From Deltaproteobacteria bacterium HGW-Deltaproteobacteria-14 (GTDB lineage: Bacteria > Myxococcota_A > UBA9042 > PHBI01), in the NCBI GenBank assembly GCA_002841945.1, contig PHBI01000047.1:5421-69420 (forward strand): a stretch of 64,000 bases of DNA, read 5' to 3'. Each line of letters begins with the position of its first letter. Within the stretch, counting starts at the first letter, position 1. Of the stretch, positions 1 to 9,624 are shown piece after piece. Below the pieces are notes generated by a model. The model was not told where the DNA came from, made no database searches, and saw only the letters and a program-made list of their open reading frames with translations. The position numbers were made by a program, and so were the translations under genes.

Positions 1-1322
1 CCCGCGCATAGCGCGCCGTGACACACCTCGTCGTAGGTGCACGGGTCGCCGTCGTCGCACTTGTCCCCCTCGGCGAGCGCCGTCCAGCCGAGCGGGTCGC
101 TCGCGGCGCGGCAGACGTCGCACGGCTGACCGGGGCGGGTGGCGCCGTCGGCGTAGCAGACGCCGTCGATGGTGCAGGCGTTGGTCGCGAGGCTCCAGCC
201 GTAGGGGTTGAGCAGCGGACGGCAGACCTGACAGGGGTCGAGGGGGTTGATGGCGTTCTCGCCGTGGCACGCGTTGTCGATGAGGCACGCGTTGGGCTTC
301 AGCGTCGCCTGGCAGGTGGAGGTCGCCGACACGCACACGTCGTCGGTGCACGGCAGCGCGTCGTCGCAGCTCCCCTCGTCGGTCGCGCCGTCGCAGTCCT
401 GGTCCACGCCGTCGCACACCTCCGCCGACGGCAGCGGGGCGTCGCAGTAGGCGACGAAGCTCGGGTCGCAGGCCAAGACCCCCGCGCACGTCCCGAACGC
501 GCTCTGACGCTCGCACGCGCTCGCGAGCAGGTTGTCGGTCGCGCCGTCGCAGTCGTCGTCGACGCCGTTGCAGGTCTCGGCGTCCGCCGCAGGGCCGTCG
601 CAGGGCGTCAGCCCCTCGGGGCCGCACGCGCGCGTCCCCGGGCAGGCGCCGTGCTCGTTGACGCGCTGGCACTCGGTCGAGAGCCCGAGGTCCGCCCACG
701 ACGTGCGGCAGGCGCAGCTGCCTCCGTCCGCTGGGACGCACTGCTTGGCGGTGGCGCCGCCGTCGACGGTCACGGTCGCGCACTGAAAGCCGGCCGGGCA
801 GGGCAGGTTGGCGCAGGACGACGCGCAGAAGCGCCCCTCGGCGGGATCCGTGGCCACGCAATAGGACGGCAGCGGGTCGAAGGGGTTCTGGCAGTCGGTG
901 TTCTCGTGGCAGGGTCGGCACAGGCGGGTGTGCCGCGGGACGCAGACGCTGATGACGTCGGGGCCGAAGGCGCCGCTCGTCAGGCAGTCGTAGCCGTCGG
1001 GGCAGGTCGTCACGCAGGTCCGCGTACACCCCGAGCCGTCCGGCCCCTCGATGCACAGCTCCGAGGCGCAGTCCTCGTTGCCGGCGCAGGCGCAGCCGAA
1101 GGTGCCCGGGCAGCCGGTCGGGAGCGTGTCGGGGGAGGCCGCGTCGCCGGCGGTGTCCTGGCCGGTGTCGGGAGACGTGGTGTCGGGCAGGAGCGTGTCG
1201 TTCGGCACGAACACCGAGTCGAAGCCGCCGCTGTCCGCGACGCCGTTCGTGTCCTCGCCGGGGCAGGCCGCGACGGCGGCGAAGAGGGCGACGAGCGCGA
1301 CGCGGCGGCGGGTGGTGTTCAT
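1..1322 (-). CDS. Cys-rich repeat lipoprotein (MopE-like putative metal-binding motifs); partial, continues past the window start
   Basis: Reverse-strand ATG at 1322 gives MNTTRRRVALVALFAAVAACPGE (signal peptide plus lipobox). Downstream are repeated C-x-G-x-D-x-D-C-D-G-x-x-D modules (CNGVDDDCDG, CDGVDQDCDG). I verified the reverse frame on 1021-1080 (NEDCASELCIEGPDGSGCTR). The + ORF 18..1991 is the antisense artefact. Confidence 0.6.
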   Translation of the reverse strand, partial: MNTTRRRVALVALFAAVAACPGEDTNGVADSGGFDSVFVPNDTLLPDTTSPDTGQDTAGDAASPDTLPTGCPGTFGCACAGNEDCASELCIEGPDGSGCTRTCVTTCPDGYDCLTSGAFGPDVISVCVPRHTRLCRPCHENTDCQNPFDPLPSYCVATDPAEGRFCASSCANLPCPAGFQCATVTVDGGATAKQCVPADGGSCACRTSWADLGLSTECQRVNEHGACPGTRACGPEGLTPCDGPAADAETCNGVDDDCDGATDNLLASACERQSAFGTCAGVLACDPSFVAYCDAPLPSAEVCDGVDQDCDGATDEGSCDDALPCTDDVCVSATSTCQATLKPNACLIDNACHGENAINPLDPCQVCRPLLNPYGWSLATNACTIDGVCYADGATRPGQPCDVCRAASDPLGWTALAEGDKCDDGDPCTYDEVCHGALCA

Positions 1323-1672
1323 GGCCAAGAGCTTAGGACCCGCCGCGAGACAAGTCGATCGCCGCGCCCGCGGATCCACCGCGCCGGACGACCCGCCGGC
1401 GACCTGGAAGACGCCCGGTCTGCCCGCGTCGTCGGCGCGCCGCCCGGCGCGCCGCCGCCTCGCCAAAGCAACCGGCTCGTTGCGCGGCGGGGCCTTCGGA
1501 GCGCTAGCGATCGCCGCTGGATCGCGGGGAGCCTGGTCGCGCCCCGCAGAATCGGGTGGAGCGGAGGCGCTCGGGCGACGACATCCAACATTGCGGTCCG
1601 ACCGCGCCCGGTTTACCAAGCCCACCGCGTGGGTCTCTCGCTCACCCCTCGGCGACTCAAGGACCTCGGATC

Positions 1673-3226
1673 ATGCGCTCTCTCCTCACCGCGCTCGCTC
1701 TCGCCGCCGCGCTCGGCGGCTGCATCACGTCGAGCCGCCCGCCGGCGACCCACGACAGCGGCGCGGGCCCCGACTCCGACGCGGCGGACGCGCGCGGCGA
1801 CGACCTCGACGCGACCGAGGACGTCCTGGCGGACGGCGGCGATGGCGCCACCGCGGGCGGTGGCGACATCGCCGGGGACACGCAGATCGTCGAGGACACG
1901 CAGATCGCCGAGGACACGCAGATCGCCGAGGACACGCAGATCGCCGAGGACACGCAGAACGCCGGGGACGCCGACGGCAAGGCGCCCGTAGACGTCGTCG
2001 CGGCCGACGACGGGCTGACCGGCGACGCCGCCCCGGGCGACGGTGGCCCGCTCGATGGCGGGCCGAGCGAGATCGACTGCGCCGGCCCCCCCTGCGCCCC
2101 CGGGGCGCTGATCGACGGCGAGTGCGCGCAGACCCCGGTCGGACGCCACGTCGCCCTCACCGGAGACTGGGTCTTCACCGCCACCGCGCTGGGCCCCGGG
2201 CCGGGGACGGTGATCGGCGTCGCCAAGGTCGGGGCGTTCGGGGACTGGGCCGCGCCCCCGTCCGCGCAGTCGGCCAGCGTGTTCGCGCCGGACTTCCCGC
2301 TCGCCGGTGACTGGTGCACGGCGCAGAGCGGCGCGGTGACGCTCGGGGTCGGCAATGACGTCGCGCTGTCCGGGCAGGTCGACGCAGGGGGGGAGCTCAT
2401 CGCCGGCGTCGATCCCAGCCGCGCGCTCTTGCTCGTCGCGATCAAGCGCGCCACCAGCGCTCCGGCGCTCGGCGCGCGCTACCGCCTCATCGGCCTGACG
2501 GCCGCTGTCGGCGGAGTGCTGACCGGGGTCTCGGGCTGGATCGGCTTCGACGACGCGGGGTGCGTCAGCGAGATGGACTACGCGACCGCGGAGACCGGGG
2601 CCATGAGCCGGCTCGGCGTCGGCCTCGACAACTGCGTCGTGGTCGGCTCGGACGGCGGGTTGACCCTCAACGGCGTCGAGGCGTCCAGCGGGGGGGACCT
2701 GATCGGGACCTGGCGCGGTCAGCTGGCCCCGAGCGGCGCGGTCGCCGTCTTGCACCGCAAGCTCGCGACCGCGGGCAGCTCCCTCTTCCCGGGCTTCCTC
2801 CTGCTCGTGCGCGAAGACAGCATCACCAGCTCCACCAAGCTCGAGGGCGAGTTCGCGCTGGCCGGCCTCGACGCCACCGCCAACGCGGACGCCCTGTGGG
2901 GGGACGCCGCGCTCGACTCCCAGGGGGGCGCCCTGGTCAGCGCGCTCCACGTCGCGCGCACGCAGCACGCAGACATCGACGCGGGCGGCGTCGTCGCGAC
3001 CGACTGGTACCAGGTGGGCCAGGGCAGCAACTTCGAGGGCGACGGGATGTACCGCCACCACGTCGCGGGCGGTGCGATCCTCGAGACGATGGCCGGGCAG
3101 GTCGGCCCCGTCGCGGGCGGCTCCAACCGCTTCCCCTGGCTCGCGGCCGTCGCGATCGCGACCGGCGGCCCGGTGAACGCGCCGCCGTCCCAGCCGACGC
3201 TGCTGCTCGCGATCCGCAAGCGCTGA
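1673..3226 (+). CDS. Hypothetical lipoprotein with a DTQIAE tandem-repeat N-terminal region
   Basis: ATG 1673 gives MRSLLTALALAAALGGC (lipobox). GC3 is high. There are 4-5 perfect 18-bp tandem repeats encoding (E)DTQIAE. The upstream part of ORF 1556 has no signal peptide and is not used. Confidence 0.6.
   Translation: MRSLLTALALAAALGGCITSSRPPATHDSGAGPDSDAADARGDDLDATEDVLADGGDGATAGGGDIAGDTQIVEDTQIAEDTQIAEDTQIAEDTQNAGDADGKAPVDVVAADDGLTGDAAPGDGGPLDGGPSEIDCAGPPCAPGALIDGECAQTPVGRHVALTGDWVFTATALGPGPGTVIGVAKVGAFGDWAAPPSAQSASVFAPDFPLAGDWCTAQSGAVTLGVGNDVALSGQVDAGGELIAGVDPSRALLLVAIKRATSAPALGARYRLIGLTAAVGGVLTGVSGWIGFDDAGCVSEMDYATAETGAMSRLGVGLDNCVVVGSDGGLTLNGVEASSGGDLIGTWRGQLAPSGAVAVLHRKLATAGSSLFPGFLLLVREDSITSSTKLEGEFALAGLDATANADALWGDAALDSQGGALVSALHVARTQHADIDAGGVVATDWYQVGQGSNFEGDGMYRHHVAGGAILETMAGQVGPVAGGSNRFPWLAAVAIATGGPVNAPPSQPTLLLAIRKR
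1875..1968 (+). repeat. 18-bp tandem repeat (gaggacacgcagatcgcc) x4-5 inside the lipoprotein gene
   Basis: Direct reading: gacacgcagatcgtcgag gacacgcagatcgccgag repeated. Confidence 0.8.
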
Positions 3227-3240
3227 GCCAAGCAACGGCA

Positions 3241-3340
3241 GGTGGTCGAGGACCGGACGGAGTCCGCAGCTGGTGGAGTGAGGGGCGACGCAGTCGCGCC
3301 TACCTCGGCCGCGGAGGACGCAGGTCTTCGACCGATACGT
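3241..3340 (-). repeat. Copy C of the ~100-bp dispersed repeat (inverted orientation, intergenic)
   Basis: The reverse complement aligns to 19171-19275 and 32592-32695 (gtatcggtcg..gacctgcgtcctccgcggccgag ... gcggactccgtccggtcc). Confidence 0.7.
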
Positions 3341-3404
3341 TGGGAACTGGGTCCGGCTTCGGCAAAAAATCACGAGCTCTGAGGGGTCGCTTCAAATCGT
3401 GACC

Positions 3405-3465
3405 ATTCGGTCGCGACATCTGTCGCGACGCGCGCCCCGCCGCGGTGTATGACTTCGGTCGCGCC
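3405..3465 (+). promoter_or_regulatory. Direct repeats of TTCGGTCGCG(AC) (3 copies, each containing palindromic TCGCGA) just upstream of the hydrolase gene; candidate operator
   Basis: attcggtcgcgacatctgtcgcgacg ... gacttcggtcgcgcc lies 40-100 bp upstream of ATG 3505. Confidence 0.3.
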
Positions 3466-3504
3466 GCGCTCTCGCGGCCGCCCGTCGCCACCGTCGAGGC
3501 CCCC

Positions 3505-6500
3505 ATGCGCCACCGCACGCTCGTCGCACTCGCGCTCCCGATGCTCGCCGCGGTCGTCGCGGGCGGCTGTGACTCGGCCACCTCCGCGCCCGCCGACACG
3601 AGCGGCGCCGCCGACACCGCCGCCCCGGACACCGCCGCCCCGGACGCCGTCGATCCGAGCCCGGGCCTCGGCGTCGACTACACGGCGACCGCCCCCGGCG
3701 CCACGCCCCGCTTCGCCCCCGACGCGCCCGACTGGATGGCGGTCGGCTGGCCCAGCGACCGCTACCTGCGGGACGGCCACCTCGATCTGTCCGCCTTTCG
3801 GGGGCTGAGCGGCGGGCTCTTCGAGACCTACCTCGACCTCGGCGAGCAGGTCCTCGACGGCTTCGGCCTCAACGGCGCCGTCTACTTCGAGCTCGACGGC
3901 GCCCTCGACGCCGCCACCCTGCCGACGCCGGAGGCGACGATGGGCGAGGCGGGCTACGTCCAGCTCGTCAACGCGACCGTCGGCAGCCCCCGCTTCGGCG
4001 AGCGCGTCCCGCTGCTCTTTCGCTGGTACGGCGGCGGCGCGGACGTCTACTACCGCGCGCACACCCTCGCCATGCGCCCGGTCTACGGCTTCCCCCTGGC
4101 CGAGCACGAGACCTACTGCGCCGTCGTGACCCGCGCGGTGCAGGACGCCGACGGGCGCTACCTGCAGGTCGCCCCCGCCTTCCTCGCCGCCCTCGCCGCC
4201 GACCCGGCGCTCGCGCCGCTGCGCGCCTGGCTCCCGACGAGCCCGCTGCGCGCCGATGATCTCGCGGTCGCGACCTGCTTCACCACCGCCGCGCCGACCG
4301 ACGAGCTGCGCCGCATCAGCGCCTGGATCACCGCCCACGACGCCCCCGAGGTCGACACCGTGAGCGAGCCCGGCGTCTTCGGCGAGCTCCAGGGGCTCTA
4401 CACCGCTCCCAACTTCCAGTCCGGCGCGAAGCCCTACGACAGCGACGGAGACGGCGCGATCCTGTTCGACGACGCCGGCGACCCCATCGTCCAGGAGCAG
4501 GAGCAGCTGCGCTTCTTGATGCTGTTGCCGCGGGACCGTCCGATGCCCGCCGGGGGCTGGCCGACGGTCATCTACGCCCACGGCACCGGGGGCGACTACG
4601 AGTCGTGCCGCGGCGTCTCCGGCGAGCTCAACGCCAGCGGCCTCGCCGCGCTGTGCATCGACGAGCCCCTCCACGGCCCGCGCGGGCCCGAGCTCGACTA
4701 CAACGGCCTCGTGCTCTTCAGCTTCAACTTCATCAACCCCGCCGCCGGCCGCTCCGCGTTTCGTCAGGCGGCCATCGACGTCCTCACGCTGTCGCACATG
4801 GTGGCCGCGGGCCGCTTCGACCTCCCGGCCGAGCGGGTGACCACCGGCGACCCGGTCCGCCTCGACCCCGATCGCATCTACTTCTTCGGGCACTCCCACG
4901 GCGGGCTCTCGGGCGCGCTCGCCTTCGCCGTCGACCCGCGCATCCGCGGCGGGATCCTCTCCGGGACCGCCGGCGTCCTGGTCGAGACGATCCTGCGGCG
5001 CAAGGACCCGGCCGACCTGGCCGCCCTGGTGCAAGGGCTCCTCGGTGTGGCGCCCGGCGACCTCGACAGCTTCCACCCCGCCATGACCCTCGTCCAGATG
5101 CTCGTGGACGAGACCGACCCCATCAACTACGGCCCTTACTGGCTCCACCCGGGCCCGGGCGGGCGGGCCAAGCACGTGCTGCTCACCGAGGGCACCGAGG
5201 ACGCCGACTCCCCCTCGGTCGGCACCGACGCCCTCGGCGCCGCCGCCGGCCTGCCGCTCGTCCTCCCGCTGGCCAAGGACAGCCCGGCCCACCGCCTGCG
5301 CGGGCTCGCGACGCTGACCCTGCCGGTCGCGCTGAACGCCCTCGCCCCCGACGGCCCGAGGACGGCGGCGATGAAGCAGTACCAGCACGGGACGCACTTC
5401 GTGGCCTTCGACGACCCCGAGGCTCGGGCGCTGTGGAACGAGCTCTTCCGCACCTTCGCGGCCGACGAGCCCCCGACCATCGGCCTCGGCGCTGCCGCCG
5501 TCCCCGCGCCGGCCACCACCTCCGCCGGGGACGCCTGTGACGACGTCCCCGCCATCGACGCCGCCGCCCTGCCGCTCGAGCTCCGCGGCAACACCTCGCT
5601 GGCCGGCGCCGACCTCGCGAGCGCCGGCGCGACCTGCGGCGACCGCGGCGCCGACGGCCGCGACCTGACCTGGCGCTTCACCGCGCCCGCGGACGGCCGC
5701 TATCGCTTCGCGCTGAGCCTCCCGCCGGCCATCGACGCGGACACGCCGCGCCTCGGGCCGGACCTGCTCTACCTCCTCGGCGCCGACTGCGACGCGGCGG
5801 GCTGCGTGGCCGCGCGCGCCGGCAGCGGCGCCCTCGACGTCGACCTCACCGGCGGCGACACCTACACCGTCGTCGTCGACGGCTCGGGCTGGGAGGCCAA
5901 GGGCCCCTTCGGGCTCACCGTCAGCCAGCGCTGTGCAGTGCAGGAGTGCGGGGAGCGCGAGTGCGGCGTCGTCGGCTGCGGAAGCTGCGGTGAATGCGGG
6001 AGCGGGTCATATTGCGATGCAGAAGGAAAGTGCCAGTCCGCCGGCCCCGGGGACACCTGCGCCGACCCCATCGAGGTCGCCGCGCTGCCCTTCACCCACA
6101 CCGGCGACACCGGGCGCTTTCATCACGACTACAGCTACACCGTGACCGACTGCCCGACCTTCCCGTTCCGCTTCGGCGCCGCCTCATCGGACGTCGTCTT
6201 TCACTTCACGGCGCCCAGCGCGGGGGTCTACACCGCCGCGCTGGCGCCCGGCTTCGACGGCAACCTGTTCGCCGTCACCGACTGCGCCGACATCGGCCAC
6301 AGCTGCCTCGGCGCCATCCGCAACGCCTACGGCGACGAGCGCCTGGCGCTGGCGCTGGGCGCCGGTGAGGGGGTCTTCGTCATCGCCCAGGGGGCCTTCA
6401 ACAACTCGAACCTGACCGGCCCGTACACGTTCCGGCTGACGAGCTGCGTGCCCGACTGCGCCGGCAAGAGCTGCGGGGACGACGGCTGCGGTGGCTCGTG

Positions 6501-8016
6501 CGGCCCGTGCGCGGCGACCGACAGCTGCGTCGAGGCGACGCGCTGCGGGCCCATCCCGAGCCTCTGCGAGCGCTCCGGCGCGTGCGAGGAGCTGCCGGGC
6601 AACACCTGCGCCTCCGCCATCCCGGTGGGCGCCCTCCCGTTCAGTGACAGCCGGGACACGGCGGACTTCACCAGCGAGTATGGCTACGGCGCCGGCTGGT
6701 GCCCGGGGGTCGACGCGACGTGGGGGTTCGCCGCGGCCGACGTCGCGTACGCGTTCACCGCGCCCACAGGAGGCCTCTATCGCTTCCAGCTCGCCACCGG
6801 CAGCGGGCTCGGGGCGTTCGACGCCAACCTCTACCTCGTCACCGACTGCGACGACGTGCGCGGCAGCTGCCTCGCCGCCGACGAGCGAGACCGGGACGAG
6901 CGCCTGTGGCGGCAGTTCTCCGCCGGCGAGAGCGCCTACCTCGTGGTCGACGGCTGGTCGAACGCGACGCCGCAGACGGGGAGCTACACGCTCAGTGTGT
7001 CGCAGTGCACACCGACGTGTGAGGACCGCGAGTGTGGGGGCGATGGCTGCATCGGGAGCTGCGGGGCGTGCGGCGCCAAGCAGGCCTGCAGCCAGGGGCG
7101 CTGCGTCGACGCCTTCGGCCTGCGCTGCGGCCAAGAGCGCGGGGTCGGCACCCTCCCGTGGAGCCACACGGACGACACCTCCAGCTGGGAGGACCGCGAG
7201 ACGAACACCTGCCCCGGCGCGCCGCCGAGCGGGGACGGGTCCAACGACGTCACCTATCAGTTCAAGGCGCCCAAGGCGGCCACGTACACGTTCCAGCTCG
7301 AGGCCGCGTTCGACGCGCAGCTCTACCTCGCCTCCGACTGCGCGGACGTTGCCGGGACGTGCCTCGCGACCGGGGGCAGCGTCCACCAGGTCGCGCTCGC
7401 CAAGGACGAGCTCGTCCGCGTCATCGTCGACGGCGCCCCGAGCGGCGGGGTCGCCAACGGCGGCTACACGCTGCGGGTGTCCGAGGCGTGCTCTCCCCGG
7501 TGCGACGGTCGCGCGTGCGGCGCCGATGGCTGTGGCGGGAGCTGTGGCGCGTGCCCGGCGCCGGCGGACATCTGCACCGGCGTCGGGGCCTGCCTCGACC
7601 CCACGAGCCTCGCGGGAAACACCTGCGAGGTCCCGTTCGCCATCGGTGCGCCGCCGTTCTCGGGCTCGGGGGACACGCGCGCGGCGTACAACCACTACGA
7701 CGTCCCGGCGAACGGGTGCGCTGGCTGGGTGCGCAAGGGGACCGGCTCGGCGGAGCAGGTCTGGCGGTTCACCGCGCCGGCGGCCGGGGACTATCGGATC
7801 GGCGTCGCGCCGGACGGCTGGGACGCGTTCGTGTACGTCGTCGCGGACTGCGCGGACCTCGGCGGGAGCTGCCTCGCGGCCTCGGATGGGCAGCGGGACG
7901 AGGCGCTTCGGGTGACCCTCGGCGCGGGCCAGGCGGTGTTCGTCGTGGTCGACGGTGAGGACGACGTCGTCGACGACGCGGGCGCGTATTCTCTGACGGT
8001 GACGCTGGCCCCCTGA
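3505..8016 (+). CDS. Secreted/lipoprotein alpha/beta-hydrolase (lipase/esterase-like GHSHGG nucleophile elbow) followed by 5 tandem modules of a Cys-rich knot (CxxxECGxxxCGxSCGxC) plus a pre-peptidase C-terminal (PPC)-like domain
   Basis: ATG 3505 gives MRHRTLVALALPMLAAVVAGGCDS (lipobox). The FFGHSHGGLSGALA motif is present. Five repeats each end in ...DCxDxxxSCLAA. GC3 is high throughout except one AT-rich patch at 6001-6050. Confidence 0.75.
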   Translation: MRHRTLVALALPMLAAVVAGGCDSATSAPADTSGAADTAAPDTAAPDAVDPSPGLGVDYTATAPGATPRFAPDAPDWMAVGWPSDRYLRDGHLDLSAFRGLSGGLFETYLDLGEQVLDGFGLNGAVYFELDGALDAATLPTPEATMGEAGYVQLVNATVGSPRFGERVPLLFRWYGGGADVYYRAHTLAMRPVYGFPLAEHETYCAVVTRAVQDADGRYLQVAPAFLAALAADPALAPLRAWLPTSPLRADDLAVATCFTTAAPTDELRRISAWITAHDAPEVDTVSEPGVFGELQGLYTAPNFQSGAKPYDSDGDGAILFDDAGDPIVQEQEQLRFLMLLPRDRPMPAGGWPTVIYAHGTGGDYESCRGVSGELNASGLAALCIDEPLHGPRGPELDYNGLVLFSFNFINPAAGRSAFRQAAIDVLTLSHMVAAGRFDLPAERVTTGDPVRLDPDRIYFFGHSHGGLSGALAFAVDPRIRGGILSGTAGVLVETILRRKDPADLAALVQGLLGVAPGDLDSFHPAMTLVQMLVDETDPINYGPYWLHPGPGGRAKHVLLTEGTEDADSPSVGTDALGAAAGLPLVLPLAKDSPAHRLRGLATLTLPVALNALAPDGPRTAAMKQYQHGTHFVAFDDPEARALWNELFRTFAADEPPTIGLGAAAVPAPATTSAGDACDDVPAIDAAALPLELRGNTSLAGADLASAGATCGDRGADGRDLTWRFTAPADGRYRFALSLPPAIDADTPRLGPDLLYLLGADCDAAGCVAARAGSGALDVDLTGGDTYTVVVDGSGWEAKGPFGLTVSQRCAVQECGERECGVVGCGSCGECGSGSYCDAEGKCQSAGPGDTCADPIEVAALPFTHTGDTGRFHHDYSYTVTDCPTFPFRFGAASSDVVFHFTAPSAGVYTAALAPGFDGNLFAVTDCADIGHSCLGAIRNAYGDERLALALGAGEGVFVIAQGAFNNSNLTGPYTFRLTSCVPDCAGKSCGDDGCGGSCGPCAATDSCVEATRCGPIPSLCERSGACEELPGNTCASAIPVGALPFSDSRDTADFTSEYGYGAGWCPGVDATWGFAAADVAYAFTAPTGGLYRFQLATGSGLGAFDANLYLVTDCDDVRGSCLAADERDRDERLWRQFSAGESAYLVVDGWSNATPQTGSYTLSVSQCTPTCEDRECGGDGCIGSCGACGAKQACSQGRCVDAFGLRCGQERGVGTLPWSHTDDTSSWEDRETNTCPGAPPSGDGSNDVTYQFKAPKAATYTFQLEAAFDAQLYLASDCADVAGTCLATGGSVHQVALAKDELVRVIVDGAPSGGVANGGYTLRVSEACSPRCDGRACGADGCGGSCGACPAPADICTGVGACLDPTSLAGNTCEVPFAIGAPPFSGSGDTRAAYNHYDVPANGCAGWVRKGTGSAEQVWRFTAPAAGDYRIGVAPDGWDAFVYVVADCADLGGSCLAASDGQRDEALRVTLGAGQAVFVVVDGEDDVVDDAGAYSLTVTLAP

Positions 8017-8143
8017 GGCGGGGGGCGTGCTGCTGGCCCAGCGAGCGCAGCGCCGCGAGCCCCGCGGGTTACAGGAAACGAGCGAAGAAACTTGTGGCGG
8101 TGCGCCAGTCGGCGAGTATGGTCCGCACTGCTCCGGAGGTCTC

Positions 8144-8341
8144 ATGTCGCTCGTCCACGCCGTCGTCCCCGCCGAACGCACCGTCGCGTCTCCCCGGCTC
8201 GAGGACCTGCGTCGGGTGGAGCGGCTCGACCGCTCGCGGCTCACCGTCGTGACGGACGGGCGCGACAACGTCGCGAACGCGACGAGCGGGTGGGCGGCGC
8301 GGTTGGCCCTGCGCGTGGCGAAGGACGGTCAGGTCGCCTGA
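8144..8341 (+). CDS. Small hypothetical protein (65 aa)
   Basis: ATG has GGAGG 7 nt upstream. GC3 is uniformly high. No recognisable domain. Confidence 0.35.
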   Translation: MSLVHAVVPAERTVASPRLEDLRRVERLDRSRLTVVTDGRDNVANATSGWAARLALRVAKDGQVA

Positions 8342-8400
8342 TTCGAGGCCGCCGGCGGTCGTCCCTTCGCCGACCCTGCCCGGGGCGTTCGCCGCCCGCT

Positions 8401-8417
8401 TGTGAACATCGTTCACC
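8401..8417. promoter_or_regulatory. Palindromic operator candidate TGTGAAC-ATC-GTTCAC, ~50 bp upstream of the hemerythrin gene
   Basis: 6-3-6 inverted repeat. A near-identical box occurs at 12101-12116. Confidence 0.45.
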
Positions 8418-8467
8418 GTTGGGCTTAGACGGGTGTAGACTGCTCCGCGATAGCAGCGGAGGCGGCC

Positions 8468-8902
8468 ATGACTACGACCAGAGACCGATTCACGGCGGAC
8501 CACAGGGCGCTCGAGGCGCAGCTCGAGGCGCTCGACAACGCCGTCGAGGGCGCGAACTTCCCGACCATCCAGGCCGCGTGGGCGCCCTTCGAGCGCGCGC
8601 TCCTCGAGCACCTCGAGGTCGAGGAGGCCGAGGCGTTGCCCGGCTTCGTGGCGGCCCACCCGGAGGCCGGCGAGGCCATTCGGGCGGACCACGCCGCCAT
8701 CCGCCGCTGGCTCGCCGAGCTCGGCGTCGCAGGCGATCTCCACACCCTGCGCAAGGACCGGCACGACGACTTCCTGGCGCTCCTGCGGGAGCACCGTGAG
8801 CGCGAGGAGGCGACGTTCTACCCATGGGTGGACGAGGCCCCGGAGGGGCTCGCCCGCAGGCTCCTGGCCGCGCTCCGACAGCGCCGCGGTGGTGGCGCCT
8901 GA
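8468..8902 (+). CDS. Hemerythrin HHE cation-binding domain protein
   Basis: 144 aa with H/E-rich motifs (DHRALEAQLEAL, EHLEVEEAEALPGF, HAAIRRWLAEL). High GC3. Confidence 0.65.
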   Translation: MTTTRDRFTADHRALEAQLEALDNAVEGANFPTIQAAWAPFERALLEHLEVEEAEALPGFVAAHPEAGEAIRADHAAIRRWLAELGVAGDLHTLRKDRHDDFLALLREHREREEATFYPWVDEAPEGLARRLLAALRQRRGGGA

Positions 8903-9143
8903 CGCCGCGGCGCCAGGGCGAGGGGGGGGCGGCCGCCGTGCGAAAAGTGAACGTCGATCAGCTTTTGTTTGTGCGGTGCACCTTCAGGAGGGCCAGATGA
9001 CCGTCCCCGCGCAGGTCGCTGGCGACGGTACGAAGCGTGACAGCAGGCCTGGGACTTGCTATCTGGATCGAGGTGCCGAAGTGGTGGCCACTCGCCCGGT
9101 GCCCCTCGAACGAACTCCTCAACGCCACAGATGGAAGCGCATC

Positions 9144-9551
9144 ATGCTCGTCCGTGACTACATGACCACCGACGTCGTCTTCGCGAACCTGCGCGACGGT
9201 CTGCACCAGACCCTCGTCAGGATGCACGAGCGCGGCATCCGGCACATGCCGGTCCTCGACGACCAGGAGCGCCTCGCGGGCTTCATCAGCGAGCGCGACC
9301 TGCGGCGCCCGGACTTCGTGGATCCCGACGAGAACCACGCGCGCCCCTTCGTGCTCGACGACTCGTTCAAGATCGAGCAGGCGATGACGATGGTGCCCGT
9401 GACCGTGGGGCCTGGAGACGACGTGCTGGTCGCGGTCGATCTCTTCATCGACCACCACTATGGCGCCCTGCCGGTGGTCGAGGGCGAGCGGGTGGTCGGG
9501 ATCCTCTCGACCATCGATCTGCTGCGGGCGGTTCGGAGACGGCTCCGCTGA
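9144..9551 (+). CDS. CBS-domain pair protein
   Basis: MLVRDYMTTDVVF...GIRHMPVLD...ALPVVEGERVVGILSTIDLL are typical CBS motifs. GC3 rises only from 9144, so the upstream part of ORF 8796 is rejected. Confidence 0.7.
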   Translation: MLVRDYMTTDVVFANLRDGLHQTLVRMHERGIRHMPVLDDQERLAGFISERDLRRPDFVDPDENHARPFVLDDSFKIEQAMTMVPVTVGPGDDVLVAVDLFIDHHYGALPVVEGERVVGILSTIDLLRAVRRRLR

Positions 9552-9624
9552 GGGCGACGGGCGAATCGTCGCGCGGCGCGACTGCAGTGCCCATTCGGGT
9601 GGAAAGCTGCCAGGGAAAGACGAC

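Noticed and set aside
18-1991. 657-aa + ORF (Ala/Arg/Val-rich)
   Set aside because: Antisense frame of the minus-strand MopE-like lipoprotein gene. No start context and composition is typical of GC-rich antisense artefacts.
1613-3373. 586-aa minus ORF and nested 1657..2454 / 2719..3231 ORFs
   Set aside because: Antisense or alternative frames of the 1673..3226 lipoprotein gene. Arg/Gly/Asp-rich low-complexity translations.
3370-5397. 675-aa minus ORF
   Set aside because: Antisense to the well-supported 3505..8016 hydrolase gene.
6184-8268. 694-aa minus ORF and + ORFs 6491..7915, 7032..7958
   Set aside because: Alternative frames of the hydrolase repeat region. Extreme Arg/Ala/Pro/Thr composition.
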